From the NCBI GenBank assembly GCA_951406725.2, contig OX597823.1:85374001-85438000 (forward strand): a stretch of DNA of 64,000 nucleotides, given 5' to 3'. The position numbers were made by a program, and so were the translations under genes. Below the pieces are notes generated by a model. The model did not search any database and was not told the origin of the DNA. It saw only the letters and a program-made list of their open reading frames with translations. Origin of the DNA: Octopus vulgaris. Lineage: Eukaryota. How positions within the stretch are numbered: position 1 is the first letter of the stretch; each line of letters starts with the position of its first letter. Below, in pieces: positions 26,209-40,489 of this stretch.

Positions 26209-26777
26209 GTAAGAGAAAGAGAGAGAGAAGGGGGGAAGAAAAGAGAAAGAAACGAACTACAGAGATAGAAAAAGCTGAAATCCACATCGCTGTATATGGT
26301 TGAAATTTTAGATAATTTTATATTACCTGTTAACAGAAAACTCTATTAAGACTTGCAAACTTTGAAGTCTTAGATATTCGTCATAAATATGAAAAAAAAA
26401 GGGCTGGGCTTATTTCGATATAAGTTATAACAATAGTGTACAACATGTGTACAGTTAGTAACTTTAGATGTTTCAAGAGAATGACTTGTAAAAGAGAGCT
26501 AAGGATGGAAATGAAGAATAATGAAGATTCGTGGAGATTTTCAATGGAAAATCGCCGAGTGAATAGAAGTAAAAGTAGACATGGGAGAATGGGATGGAAA
26601 TAGAAAAGGAATTTTATCAACGTAAAAAGGAAATTACATGATAGGAAAGCTGTTTGAAGAGAATTCGGATTATTGTCATATATGAGGGGGGCCTAAGAGA
26701 AAAGTTAAAATTGTATATATGAGTATTTTGTGCAATATGAGAAAGAGAAAAATGAAGATATTATCTTTCTCCCTCTT

Positions 26778-26815
<38 letters not shown>

Positions 26816-26940
26816 CATCTACCTATCTCTCTCCTCTCTAACTCTCCCTCCCTCTCTTTTTATATATATAAATATTTGTACATATGGGTAAATATAAATA
26901 TAATTCTATATATGTGTATGAGTGTACGTATATATATAGG

Positions 26941-26972
<32 letters not shown>

Positions 26973-27129
26973 TTAGTGTGTGTGTGTGTCTGTGCACGTA
27001 AAAAACGTATTTCTCTGTGATACATCGTTTTTTTTTTTATCATTCACTTTATTCCTTTTTCTGATTTCCATTATAGCAACAATAGGAAAACACAGAATAT
27101 GATAAGAATGAAAATATCAAAGAATATAT

Positions 27130-27190
<61 letters not shown>

Positions 27191-27619
27191 CATATGTATA
27201 TCAGTTGTTTTTTATATTCTTTTTAGCTTTTCTTCTTATTTTATATATTTTTGTTTCTCTTACTTGTTTGTTTGTTTTTTTGGGCTCTGATATGAAGCCT
27301 ACGACAAATGAAACATGGTAACCTCCAGGAGATGAAATAAAAATGACATCTCATGTCAATAAAATATCAGAAATAATGAAGTACAATTATATCTGTTTGT
27401 GTCATGTGATTTTCTGAGAAGCACCAAAGATAAATGTTTGGTAGACAAATATTATTAAATTTCAACATAAACATCAACGAGCTAGTGGTCAAACATTTCA
27501 TAAATGATGGAGTTACTGGGTACTCGAACTAAATTTGACAGTTTGCATAAAAGGAACAGTAAATAGAATACCCCATACAACAAATAAGTTTATTTTGATA
27601 AATCAAAACATATGGAGAT

Positions 27620-27896
27620 CAGTAATTCCCATAGTGGGAAGTATTGCTCCCTTGGGGCAGTAGAAAAATCCCAGGGAGCGTTGAGGAAAGGTGGGATGAT
27701 AATCAGAAGGCCAAAATGGGGAGATATATGTAAAATATATTAATTGTTTAATTAGGTATAAGTTTTAATTGTGAAATGCAGTTGTTTTGAATGTGCTGCA
27801 GAATGGTCTATATTTTAATAGGGTGGGTGAGGTGTGTTTAGGAATGAGGCCTGAGGGACAAGGGGGCGGCAGTCTGAAAAGGTTTGGGAACTACTG
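27620..27896. mobile_element. hAT (Charlie-type) MITE
   Basis: TIRs CAGTAATTCCCA / TGGGAACTACTG with GGGGGCG subterminal motif; TSD decayed. Confidence 0.7.
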
Positions 27897-27929
27897 GTCT
27901 ACATTATGATTGGGAGATAAGAGTTTTCT

Positions 27930-28520
27930 AAAATTAGCTACCCTCATCTTGCACCGCGGCCTCAAGACGACTTCGGAATCTGGAAATATGCATTCTTCAC
28001 TGTGTCCCTCGGAGGATTATCGAACAACTCCTAGATCTTGGTCACTAGCTTGGCCTTAGTGTCGCAGGCAGAATGTTTGGCATCTCTATCGACCGTGCCT
28101 CATACATGGTAATCCATAGCATTACAATGGAGGGGCAACCGGAAATTGGGGCTAGTGAAGAAAAAATTATCCGATAACCACTTCTGACACTTCCTGGCGT
28201 TATAGCAAAGAACCGAATCCTTCTGCCACACCCAAGTCCTCTCAGTAGCAAACGTCGACAGTCAGGATTTGACCAATCTCCAGCAGAGACGTGTGTGTCT
28301 ATTGCCAAAGTATTTGCGTGACTATGCTTAGGCAATAGATACACACACGCAATAGCCGTCTGAATTGAGGCTAAGGCTCTGCATAAAGATGTGATGCTGC
28401 ATGAGACATCCCACACAAGAGACACCCATAGACAACCACACCTTGAGGGAACTCGGATTTCCTGATGTCCATGAGATACATTACAGGCTTTACAGTGTCT
28501 ACAGCATTGCGCAGCTGCCA
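27930..28520 (-). mobile_element. DD37D/maT-like transposase remnant, related to 2540-2984
   Basis: KSEFPQGVVVYG, LNSDGY, WVWQKDS, KWLSD, FTSPNF..CNAMDYHV, RFRSRLEAAV across frameshifts. Confidence 0.85.
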
Positions 28521-29895
28521 TGATTTCGGCATTTTGATACCCGGCCTAGATCTTTGATCTAATACCTCCACTCTATTTTCAGACATTTGATCTAATACTT
28601 AGAGATCCCCATTATTATATCTTTAATGTCTTGACTAAATATTTAACACTCGGTTGAGCACTATCATTTGGTTATTGCGTGCTCTTTGAGACCATTCTTG
28701 TGCGAAGATCATATCCTGGTTTCCTACCTGTTGATAATTGATCAATTGTGATTCCCTTCCAGTAATTTCTCAGCTGGTTTTTGAGATTATGTAATCTATC
28801 CGTCTCACCCAATAAATGATAGTGGGAGGGCTTAATTATTTTATAGTTATATAGAGAAGGTAATCAGAGATTAGAAAGTCTAGTGCTTGCACCGAGATTG
28901 TGAGCTGAACTGTGTTCTATACACGACTAGACGTGAAGTATATATATATGGGGGGGGGGGTCTGTCTGTGTGTGTGTGTGTGTGTCTGTGTGTGTATGTG
29001 TGTGTGTTTGTGTGTATGTGTCTGTCTGTGTGTTAGTGTGTGCGTGCTGTGGATAGACACAAAATCCTGAAGTCTTGCCTTACATAGTGTTTCTGTATAC
29101 TCCTATATCTTAAGGTGAATGAAAATGTTCTTTCAAGAAAAACCGTTTTTCCACTGAGGAATAATGGGTAATTTATTAGAGCCAACCTAGCTATAGCTTA
29201 TATATTTCGATCTTGGAACACAAAATGGGTGACTTATAGAATTACTTAAAATTTAATTCCCATGTAGGATAACAATAATTTTTAACATTGTATTTTCAAA
29301 TCCTTAACGGGGTTAATTATACACATAATTATATAATCAGAGAGTGCAAACTCTGCTTACGGTTGACAGCTCTCTTTAAACATAGCAAGAGTTTACATGA
29401 TGAAGCGAGTCAGTGTTAATTAAAGCCCTGTCGGTCTTTCATACCTACAAGGTTCACACAAAAGGTGACGGTTACAGTAGTATCCTGAATTTCAATTGAA
29501 AATCGTTGCTTTATGACAAAGTAAGAAATCATTACTATTAGGTATTTCTCACTAGTATCATTAGTCAGTAATTTTGCTATTGATCCGTGTCATAGATTGT
29601 ACTATTGATCATCATCAATGCTTTTATACACATATTTTATACAGAGTATGTTTCTTTTGTTGTCGCTTCCTTAGAAAAACGACTGTGTTTTCATCCTTAA
29701 AAACATTATTCTCCCGTTTGTCGCTCCTATAAAGGGCTCTCTAAGACCGGTATAACTTCTATGGTTGCTTTACACAAATGTTGTCTCTTATTTTCATTGT
29801 AAAGGGAAAGATGATAGACAAGCGTCAGACAGAATGAAGACAATGATATGAATATTATTGTACTTATCAATAAAATAACAACAACAACACCAACA

Positions 29896-29896
<1 letters not shown>

Positions 29897-29961
<65 letters not shown>

Positions 29962-30090
29962 ATTATTATTATTATTATTATTGTTATTATTGTTATTGTT
30001 ATTATTATTATATAATAGTATAGTTATTGTTATTATTATTATTATTGTTATTGTTATTATTATTATATAATAGTATAGTTATTGTTATTA
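29897..30090. repeat. (ATT)n microsatellite with an internal duplicated block
   Basis: Direct reading; TATAATAGTATAGTTATTG occurs twice. Confidence 0.9.
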
Positions 30091-30361
30091 GTATTACTGT
30101 TCTGGCATTGTTAATACGATTGTCCAACTAGTCTACACAGCTATGGATGCACTTGCGTGGCTATGCTTAAGCAATAGACACACACACGCACACACACACA
30201 CACGTACGCGCAAACACACACAAACACGTAAACACGTACACGCACAAGTCAATACGTGAAACATATGTATAAATGTATATGCATGTATGAAGGTAGGTGG
30301 GTATGTTGGTAGGTGGGTATGTAGGTAGGTATCTATGTCTGTGTATATATGTATGTATATG

Positions 30362-30396
<35 letters not shown>

Positions 30397-30479
30397 GGTT
30401 AGATAAATGGATGTATGCACGTATAAACTTATATATGTATGTATGTATATATATATATATATATATTTATATATCTATA

Positions 30480-30536
<57 letters not shown>

Positions 30537-30592
30537 CATGCATATATACATATTTCTCTGTGTAATAATTGTTTTTAGTACATTATATATGC

Positions 30593-30632
<40 letters not shown>

Positions 30633-30638
30633 TATATA

Positions 30639-30675
<37 letters not shown>

Positions 30676-30721
30676 GTATAAATATATGTGCGTATGCATG
30701 TGGGGAGTTGTATACGCACAG

Positions 30722-30786
<65 letters not shown>

Positions 30787-30829
30787 TATATAAATATAAA
30801 TACGTATATATACACACAAGGACACACAT

Positions 30830-30884
<55 letters not shown>

Positions 30885-31390
30885 AATACACACATTCATA
30901 TACACGAACATATATACACATATTCATGCATAAGCTCACATATACAGATGTATGTAGCCATTATGCAAATATCAATGGGATCTTGAAATCACAATTAAGT
31001 GCAGTTTTGCTAAGCAAATACACTTAACGTTACTCACATCGAAATCAATCTAACAACGACGCGGTTGCATGCTATAGGGCTACTTTTAACCTGCTCGACG
31101 CTGCCTTACAAGTCTGACAATGAGACTGAGGACAAAATAGCAAATTGCAACAAGCATTCAGATGTAGACTCTATAGTCGTATTCAAGGGTTTTACCTGAT
31201 TGTTTTCACTGGAGACAAAGCAAAATACTTTTGTTTTCGACAGGCAAAATCATTAAAAGCATACAGGTACACACATGCACACATGCATACACAGATACAA
31301 CTCCACTGAAACACACGCAGGCTAGTTCATACAGATGTATGCAAAAAACGATTACACACACATGCACACATAAACACACATACACGCACA

Positions 31391-31424
<34 letters not shown>

Positions 31425-31644
31425 ATGTGTGTGTATATATATATACATACATGGAGAAACAAAAATAAAATAATAATTTTGATATATAACCATATCTGTA
31501 TATGCATGTTTTTTTACATATGTAGGTATATGAATGCATATATTTGTATATATACATATATGTATGTATGTATTTATGTATGTATGTATCTATTTATCTA
31601 TCTATCTATCTATATCTATATATTTATACATGTATATGTATATG

Positions 31645-31681
<37 letters not shown>

Positions 31682-31719
31682 ATAAATATAAATGTTTGTG
31701 TGTGTATGTGTAATATCAT

Positions 31720-32340
31720 ATAACTTAGATAATATAGATAACTTCTGGTTGTTTCGATTAATGGTTGGTCCAGACCATGTCTCTAACTTAATAGAAACAC
31801 CTGATAGGATTAGCTAAATTCTTTTTAATCCAGGTTTAGTGGTATCATCATCCATTCGAGTAGCGAGTTCTTGTTGAATGAGTTGTATCCAGGTATAGGT
31901 TGCTATTTTGATATCTCTTAAAGAAATTTGTCCAGATTCCATTTCAAGAGATGCGATCCTTTTCCTCTTTCAACTGTTTCGAGACAATGTCAAATAGGGC
32001 AGGGTCTGCAGAGGAAATGAAATTGTGTTGCAGTGTATTTATGTGTTGTTATCGTGAATTAGGTAGGGAACGTGTGGCCCGTAGTCCTAGCCATGGATGG
32101 ATTTTGAAGGCTAATGTTGAGGTCGTTTGGGCAATGCTGCTGGTATATTCTTCCCATCGTACAAATGATGTATCGTTCATGGCGGCGTTGGAGAGAATAG
32201 GGTTTCAATGCTTTAAGGCAGTCCCAATTATCGAGATCAGTCATGCCTTTAACTCTTTTTAGTGAATGACCACTGGGATGATTCAATTTTCGAAATGTTT
32301 TGTTTTGTATGGAGAGAACTTACACTGCAACAGTATTCTC
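31720..32340 (-). mobile_element. CR1/L2-group LINE 3' fragment
   Basis: WDCLKALKPYSLQRRHERYII; tail CGAAAC..AAGTTATC resembles that of 1-960. Confidence 0.8.
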
Positions 32341-32341
32341 T

Positions 32342-32545
32342 TTAACTTGTTTCAGTCATTTGACTGCGGCCATGCTGGAACACCGCCTTTAGTCTAGCAA
32401 ATCTTTGTAAGTCTAGAAATTTTTCTATCGGTCTCTTTTGCCGAACCGCTAAGATGTAAACACACCACCAGCGGTTGTCAAGCGATGGTGTGGGGACAAA
32501 CACAGACACAAAAACATATACACACATACATATATATATATGTAT
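32342..32545 (-). mobile_element. SINE 3' half
   Basis: TTTCAGTCATTTGACTGCGGCCATGCTGG on plus. Confidence 0.8.
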
Positions 32546-32574
32546 CAAACGGAGATAAATGTACCTGTGAAACG

Positions 32575-32720
32575 AATCACATCTTCTTCGCAAAAAAGCC
32601 ATGAAAGATATGACGAATGAGCAAGCGTGTTGTCATGGTGAAGCTTTTGTTTGTCCACCTATCGGCTGTCATGCTTCGCATGACAGTTGTCAGACACCTC
32701 ATGATACCCTAGTAAATCTC
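32575..32720 (-). mobile_element. mariner transposase fragment
   Basis: LHHDNTLAHSS resembles the mariner LHHDNAPAHS motif. Confidence 0.5.
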
Positions 32721-35700
32721 TTTATTCATCATGTAGCACATCCTTTATGACCGACTCTGTAATGATTATTATCTTCACTTCTTTTACAATTAAACGACTC
32801 TAAAATGCTTAATTTGGCCTTGGGAACAGTGTTCGCGTATAACCTGAACAGTCATGTTCGTTCTTCATTCATATTCATACTCTTTAAATATGAATGCTTT
32901 AGTAACTGTTATGCAACTCTTAAGAAAGTTTCCATCAATATTCGAACTATTAAACGTCTTGGCAGATTGCTAATCGGTACTCTTTTTGTTTCATCGCCAA
33001 TAGATATTTGTGGCTTGTAGTCCTAGTATTTAAGTAAGTTTTAACAAATTTTAAAACAGAAAGTTGTCATACACACTTTTCTGTTAGCGAAGCTTATCAC
33101 TCTTAATCCTTAGAGTAACAGATCAATCTGATAAGCGAAATTATTTGATGTCAGATATCAGCATAGATCTTCCGCATCTTGTCCTTACCTTCGGAACGCA
33201 GAGTAGACGAAACAGGGACAACTGAAGAAGGGGAATATTCCTTGTGTTGTATGTCTTGTACTATGTTTTTTCGTTGTTTGAAAAAAAGTTCGTTTCCATG
33301 TTTTTGTTTTTATGTTTTCGTTTCTCATTGTGTTCAACGTTTTTTTGGTGTCCTGTACCCATATATGCATGTATATATACATATAGATGTAGGTATGTAC
33401 ATATATGTATGTATATATGCGTATGTTTATATATTATTTAATTTATTATATGATCGAACGCCACGCATCCATTTCCAAGTAAGTTTTATCTACATAACTA
33501 CATACATACATAAATACATACATATATACAACTTATATACACATATAGGTATGTATATACATGTGTGTAGGTAAGTATACATTTCTGTGCATATATGCAT
33601 GAGCGCATAAACCTATATGTATATGTACATGTCTATATATGCATACCTTTGTATATATATATATTTCTTTCGAAGTTAAACGCTTACTTGGCGAAAGTAG
33701 TTGCAGATGATTCAATTTGTAAGGATAAACTCAGGTAGAGAGAAAATACTTTCAAATTAACATTTAAACAGCACACCTATACTTTCACATACATTGGAAA
33801 ATACATTCAGACATAAATTTCCCAAAGTTTAACCGTCTTTTTATCAGAAATCGTAGCAGACACATTATTAAAATTATTTGGAAGTTATTAGAACACGCTA
33901 AACTTTATTCTCAATGCAATAATGATTTTGACCTTTATATTTCTAGTATAATGGCTATATTGATCTATATGGGACCCATCCTTAGCACTCAGTCACGAAC
34001 TACTGTATTTTATTATAAATCAAAGTGTTTGTTAAAGTATTTAGAAATGGGAATGTGTCGATCACCAAATAGCTTTGTGCAATAATGTTATGTGCTTTCT
34101 TTATTTCATAATCATCGGTTATTTATTTCGTGTACAAATATGAGCTTTGACATGTTTATTATTATTAAAAGTGGTCTGCGAAATTTCGAATAAAATTTTT
34201 GCATATATGTGAGTGTGTATGTGTGTGCGTGCGTGCGCATGCATGAGTGAGAGTCATTCAGAGAGAGAGAAAGAGAGAAAGAGAGATATAGGGACTGTGT
34301 GTGTATGTGTGTATGTGTGTGTGCGTGTTACTTGAAGTGTGTCTTTTTGCCAGCACACCGCCTCACATGAAAGGTATATTGAGTGTGGTGATGGTAGAGG
34401 GACTAAAAACATAATCGGAGTTGTCCCGTTTGCACCGTCATTTTCATATCTCACTCGATAACAACTGACTTCTGAATTTAAACTTCAAAAAGAAAAGTAA
34501 AAACCGTTGTTCATTATGAAACGGTTGATTAAGATCGCAAATCATAAAACCGAGAAAATTCGTCATAGGATGCAGAGAAAAACGCTTTCATCGGTCTTTA
34601 CGTTCTGAGTTCAAATTTCGCCGAGGTTGACTTTACTTTTCATTCTTTCGGAGTCGATAAAATAAGTGCCAGTTGAACACTGGTTTCGATGTAATCGATT
34701 GACTCTTCCACTGTATTTGCTGGACTCGTGCTAAAATTTGAAGCCAATGTGTTTATCATTTTTGTAAGACGATATATGTGATTTGAGGGAGATTTGGCTG
34801 CAATATCTAGACTCTTGAATAACTGCATAAACGCTGCCCTCGTTTACTCGAACAAACGCTGGGTTAAACTACAGCAACATCAGCGACAACACTTTTCCAT
34901 GGGAGAAAAAATAAGTGAACCTTTAATATTACCGATGGATATGCTAAATGAAACAGCTGGATATCCCTCACCTCTGAAATTTCTATCATTAACAATGCAA
35001 CACATATTGTATAGATGTTGTGATATAAAAAAAATGTATACTGGTCATAACTGGAACGCCTTTACTCATTAGCATGCTAACTCATGGCTCATCTGATGTT
35101 AACGACCAATAAGAGCGTTTTCTTTTTTTAAATTAATGGTATAAAAGATGCACATCTTTTCCCAAGACATGTCTCAAAAACACAAATCCGACAATTGTAT
35201 GTGGAGTTGGGCCTTCAATGAGCTAATTTTCTTTTAATGCAGTAAAATCTATTTTTGGTGATTATGCAACACTAAAAATAGGGTGCATCTAATACACTCG
35301 TCCGTATTTTATGCCACGAGATGTCTGATTTTTTTATATATATTGACAATAGGTCTGTATTTGAGAGTGATTAACTGATTATTTTAACCTCAATATATAG
35401 ATAGCATTCATTTCATTTAACTAGATGTAGATGGGAAAATGAATGCGACTGCCTTGGAATTCGAACAAAGGGTCTAACCGAATAGCCTAAACATTGATTG
35501 TAGTGCTGTACATGTTCTGGTATTTCGTCTCTTCTTTTGGCTGTTTCAATCTATAACCTAGATACGATAGTTATATATTTAGTGGGTTGTGTATACTCCT
35601 GTAAGGAGATGCTTGATACTAGGTAAACTGTGAGCTAGAAAAGTCTTCAGCTAAAGACCACCAGCCAAGCAAGTGTTTCGGCCCGTTACTTCCTACATTC

Positions 35701-35874
35701 TAAGGGAGCCGGCCCACCTATATCTTGACTTCTAGATATCCTTCTCCTAGTTTCGAAATGCTGATCTTAGTGAGGATTGAACCTGGTCCTTTCGGGCGAT
35801 TTATTTAACAGAACTGAAATTTACAGCCCGGTTACAAAGCAACCGAAAATAACTTGTTTTGCAGGTCTATTTAA

Positions 35875-36105
35875 AGGCGGCGAGCTGGCTGAAACGTTAG
35901 CACGCCGGGCGAACTGCGTAGCCGTATTTCGTCTGCCGTTACGTTCTGAGTTCAAATTCCGTCGAGGTCGACTTTGCTTTTCATCCTTTCGGGCTCGATA
36001 AATTAAGTACCAGTTACGCACTGGGATCGATGTAATCGACTTAATCCGTTTGTCCGTCCTTATTTGTCCCCTCTGTGTTTAGCCCCTTGTGAGTAGTAAA
36101 GAAAT
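35875..36105 (+). mobile_element. Monomeric SINE, GGCGGCGAGCTGG-head family (Meta-domain-like core, tail A)
   Basis: Head, core TTTCATCCTTTCGGG..ATAAATTAAGTACCAG, tail A; TSD TATTTAAA. Confidence 0.9.
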
Positions 36106-36424
36106 ATATTTAAATCTGGATTTTCCTCCTACTGTTCTCCGTCTGGAGATTTTGTAGTGTTGTATTTCAGCTCTAGCTATCAGGTCTCTTTGCCCTTCCC
36201 ACAGTTCTCTTTTGCCCTGAGACACGTTCTATCTTCGCTGTTCTTTTGTAACCTTTGATTCCATGTGGACAGGTATCAGTACTTTATTTGTTTATATTTT
36301 GTGTATAAGGCAGTGGGCCAGTAGAATTATTAGCACACCGGACAAAATGGTGACCAGGATTTACAAAAGTAACTCAACCACCGGAAGTTACGTTCGTCTC
36401 ATTTATTACAATGATATAAATCGA

Positions 36425-36847
36425 GGCGGCGAGCTGGCAGAAACGTTAGCACGCTGGGTGAAATATTTTTCGGTATATCATCTGTATTTTCGTTCTGAGT
36501 TCAAATTCCGTCGAGGTCGACTTTGCCTTTCATCCTTTCGGGGGCCAATAAATTAAGTAGCAGTTATGCACTGGAGTCGATGTAATCGACTTAATCCGTT
36601 TGTCTGTCCTTGTTTGTCCCCCTCTATGCTTAAGCCTCTTGTGGGGCAATAAGGAAATAAAAAACGTTAGCACGCTTGGTGAAATGCTTTTCAATATTTT
36701 ATTTGTCTTTACGTACTGAGTTCAAATTCCGTCGAGGTCGACTTTGCCTTTCATCCTTTCCGGGGTCGATAAATTAAGTACCAGTTGCGTACTTATCGAG
36801 TGTCTCTCTCCTCAAAAATTTCGGACCTTGTGCCCAGAGTAGAAAAG
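36425..36847 (+). mobile_element. Dimeric SINE (tail A + tail B)
   Basis: Two cores in tandem; flanks GATATAAA. Confidence 0.85.
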
Positions 36848-37577
36848 GATATAAAACAGGGTGTCCATTTCTTACAGAGTCAGTGAATTTGAATTGCGAA
36901 TTGTTGTTGTTGTCGTTGTTAACGTTCAAATTCGGCCGAGGTCGATTTTGTTTTTCACCCTTTCGGGGTCAATAAATTAAATACTAGTCAAGCAGTAGAT
37001 GGGGTCGATGATGAAATCGACTCCTCACCTCCCACAAAATTTCAGGCCTACACTTGTTGTAGAAAGGACTATATTTTCTATATTCTTTCCTTTTTAATAT
37101 GGAAAGATTGATATCATACTCCAGCATAAACTGGATTCGAAATTAGGAAATAAGGGACGAAATTATCATTAGAATACATATTCCCACCTGTTTATTGATT
37201 CAATCAAACCAGCACTCCCTGTCTTTATCACGCTCCTTCTCTTTATACCCTTTTCGCTGTATAATTAATACAAGTATTTTCATATAATTAATCTACATGT
37301 CAATTGCGATGCAGATCGACTAAGTCTAAAGTACTGGAACACACATATATATATAATATTCATCTACATTCATATTAAAAGTAAACACATGCACACTGAC
37401 TCTCACACGCACCCACGATTATATATACATATATATGCATATATATACCATTTATCTTTATATACATACACGCATTTGTAAGTGTGTATGTGTGTGTGTG
37501 TTTGTGTGTGTACATACGTCCAAATCATCCGCACGTCTTCCTGCTTCTGTGTGTTTGCATATATGCATACATACATG

Positions 37578-37653
<76 letters not shown>

Positions 37654-37760
37654 CATACATATATATATGTATATACATATACAGGCACACACATGTATAT
37701 GAACATATATATATATAAACATATATATAAAACCAATATAAACATACAAACATAAATATA

Positions 37761-37852
<92 letters not shown>

Positions 37853-39102
37853 GTGTGTGTGTGTGATTATATTCCTATACCTGTTCCAGTGTGTGCTTAT
37901 CTTGCTGTGAGTGGCATCAAAATGTCTTCGGTAAATTAATATTTGCACAATTATAACATTTTGTGTAACAGCTTTTATTTCTCCGTTTTCTTTTTTCTTC
38001 CTTATTGCTGCACCTCTAGCGACAATTTGCATTATGATGGGGACTATATAAATCTATTTCCAAGTTGAATATGGTTACAGTAGGCTTGTTTGCTCTCCTG
38101 TAAAAAGCTTGGGACATTTTCCTCTTTATAAATAATAGTTTCACTTCAGAGTTTTATCGTTATTGTTATCTCTCTTTCTTTCATTGACCCGGCATACGTT
38201 TCTTAATTGAGTCCAGCAAATTAACACACGATTGTTTGTATACTACATTCTGTTTAGTATCCTTAATGATGGCGAAACAATAAGCAATAAAACATTCAGG
38301 GCGATGGTTGGTGTTAGTGAATGACGCAGGGTTCTTTTCTGAACTGAAAGGAGATGCAACTTTGTTGGTTCGTTCGTTGTAGTTGTTGTAACTTGTTAGT
38401 ATTTCGTTATTGTAATGTTTGGGCTTAGTTTTTGCACGCCTTATTCACTGTAAGTCGTTAAAAGTTCTTAGTTTACCGAAGGTGACTATGGAAATAAATG
38501 CACTAATTACATCAAATTAGAGAAAACAGAAGTTGACATAAATAGAGGAAATAAAGTAATTATTTCTTGTATAATAAAGCAGCATAGGGAAGGTTCATTC
38601 GGAATAGAGATCCAGTTAATATGAATGGGGGAAATGTGGTGGGGATTATTTGTTATGGGGCGCGGGGGATGTGTGCCCTTTGTTCTTAAATGTATAGAGT
38701 ACAAAAATCTCAGAATTTTATTTGAAAATCTCGGTTATATATTGAATGCATTAACTGATGATAGCTAGAATAAACGTAACACAAACACGTACATAGATAA
38801 TCCCGTACATACATATACTCACGCAAACACGTATGTGTTTGCATCATCGAGGCGATATTATTTCTTTGGTGAGTAAAATATCGGTGGTTCGTTTTCAGTC
38901 GACATCACTACATGACATTGGTTTCGAATTTTCGCTCAAGGCCGGGAATTTCGGGGGGACGTGGAGGAAGTAAATCGATTACATCGACCCCAGTACTCAA
39001 CTGGTACCTGTTTTATCGACCCAGAAAGAATGAAGGGCAGCGCCGAGCTCAGCAGAATTTGACTTCACACACAAACATAAACAAATACAAACAAATATAT
39101 GA

Positions 39103-39154
<52 letters not shown>

Positions 39155-39156
<2 letters not shown>

Positions 39157-39646
39157 CAATAAGAAAAGGGAAGGGATCAATAGGTGGTATACATCAATTT
39201 TTGGACATTATTTTAAATCAATTATTTATTTATATATTTACTAAAAGGACACTTATAAGAATATACATACATATAATACATGCTATGCTTTACATATATA
39301 ATATATAAAAATATAAAAATATCAGTAATTATTAAAATATATAACATATAGCAATAGAAATTGAGATAATATCTTACAGCTGTTTCAGCCAAGGGGCAAA
39401 AATACCTCATTCTACCTTTATCCCTACAGCTGTTAGATATTATCCCAATTTCTGTTCCTGGATGTTATATATTTTAATAATTACTGATATTTTTATATTT
39501 TATATATTATATATGTAAAGCATAATATTTTGTACATGTATGTATATTGTTATAATTGTCCTTTTACTAAATAAATAAGCTGACATTATACAATGTCTAA
39601 AAGTTGATGAATACCACCTATTGATCTCCTCCATTTTCTTATTGCT
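39155..39646. repeat. Large foldback with ~225-bp inverted arms
   Basis: AGCAATAAGAAAA..GATCAATAGGTGGTAT..ACAGCTGT mirrored at right; ~42-bp spacer. Confidence 0.95.
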
Positions 39647-40199
39647 ATATAAATTAATGGTAAAATATCTCTTTACCTTCACCCATTTATTACACTAGGT
39701 AATGTAATTGCTACGCAATGAAAAAGCACTTGTGTATTAATAATTGGGTATTCTACCAGCAGTATATTGGATAGATATTATATCTTAGTTGGCTGGATTC
39801 ACAACCTCTAACTTTCTTGGAATTATATATATATATATACTGCATAGGCTCCATGCAGGTACAAATAAACTAGGTCAACAAAAGGTTTTGTGATTGGTAT
39901 TCAATGTCAGGTAATCGGTGGTGGGACTTTGTCTTCGGTCGAATTCCGAAATCCATGCGTTACCGAGTTCATATGGTATAGTTATGCAAAGTGACATGTA
40001 AAGTACGCTTAAATAATGGGCTTCATACATCTATTTAGGCATTGTAGTCTTGCAGGTAGGGCAGTGAGCTGGCAGAATCGTTAGTACGCCGGGATCGGTT
40101 AAATAAGTACCAGTTACGCACTGGGGTCTATGTAATCGACTTAATCCTTTTGTTTGTCTCTTCTATCTCTAGCTCCCTGTTTTGCAATGAAGAAATAAT

Positions 40200-40357
40200 T
40201 ATAGACCCTCAGGTATTTCAGATATGCATTTGGGATTCGGTTATGGTTCAGTATATTCAATCGACCGATCACGATCTTCAGTAAACGTTCAATCGATCGA
40301 TTAAATTGAACCATGAATGTGCACGAAATATATATCTGAAACAGCTGTGAGTTTATA
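40200..40357. repeat. Degenerate foldback containing GAAACAGCTGT
   Basis: TTTCAGATAT/ATATCTGAAA, ATGGTTCA/TGAACCAT, AATCGA.CGAT/ATCGATCGATT. Confidence 0.7.
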
Positions 40358-40399
40358 GTAGGCAGATAGATGTATAAATCTCATTACTTATGCTTATAC

Positions 40400-40489
<90 letters not shown>

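Noticed and set aside
28045-28521. 158-aa ORF as a novel gene
   Set aside because: Off-frame reading of a decayed DD37D transposase
33180-33380. GAAAC..CTGAAGA-AGGGGAATATTCCTT hammerhead
   Set aside because: No consistent stems I and III; probably an unclassified repeat
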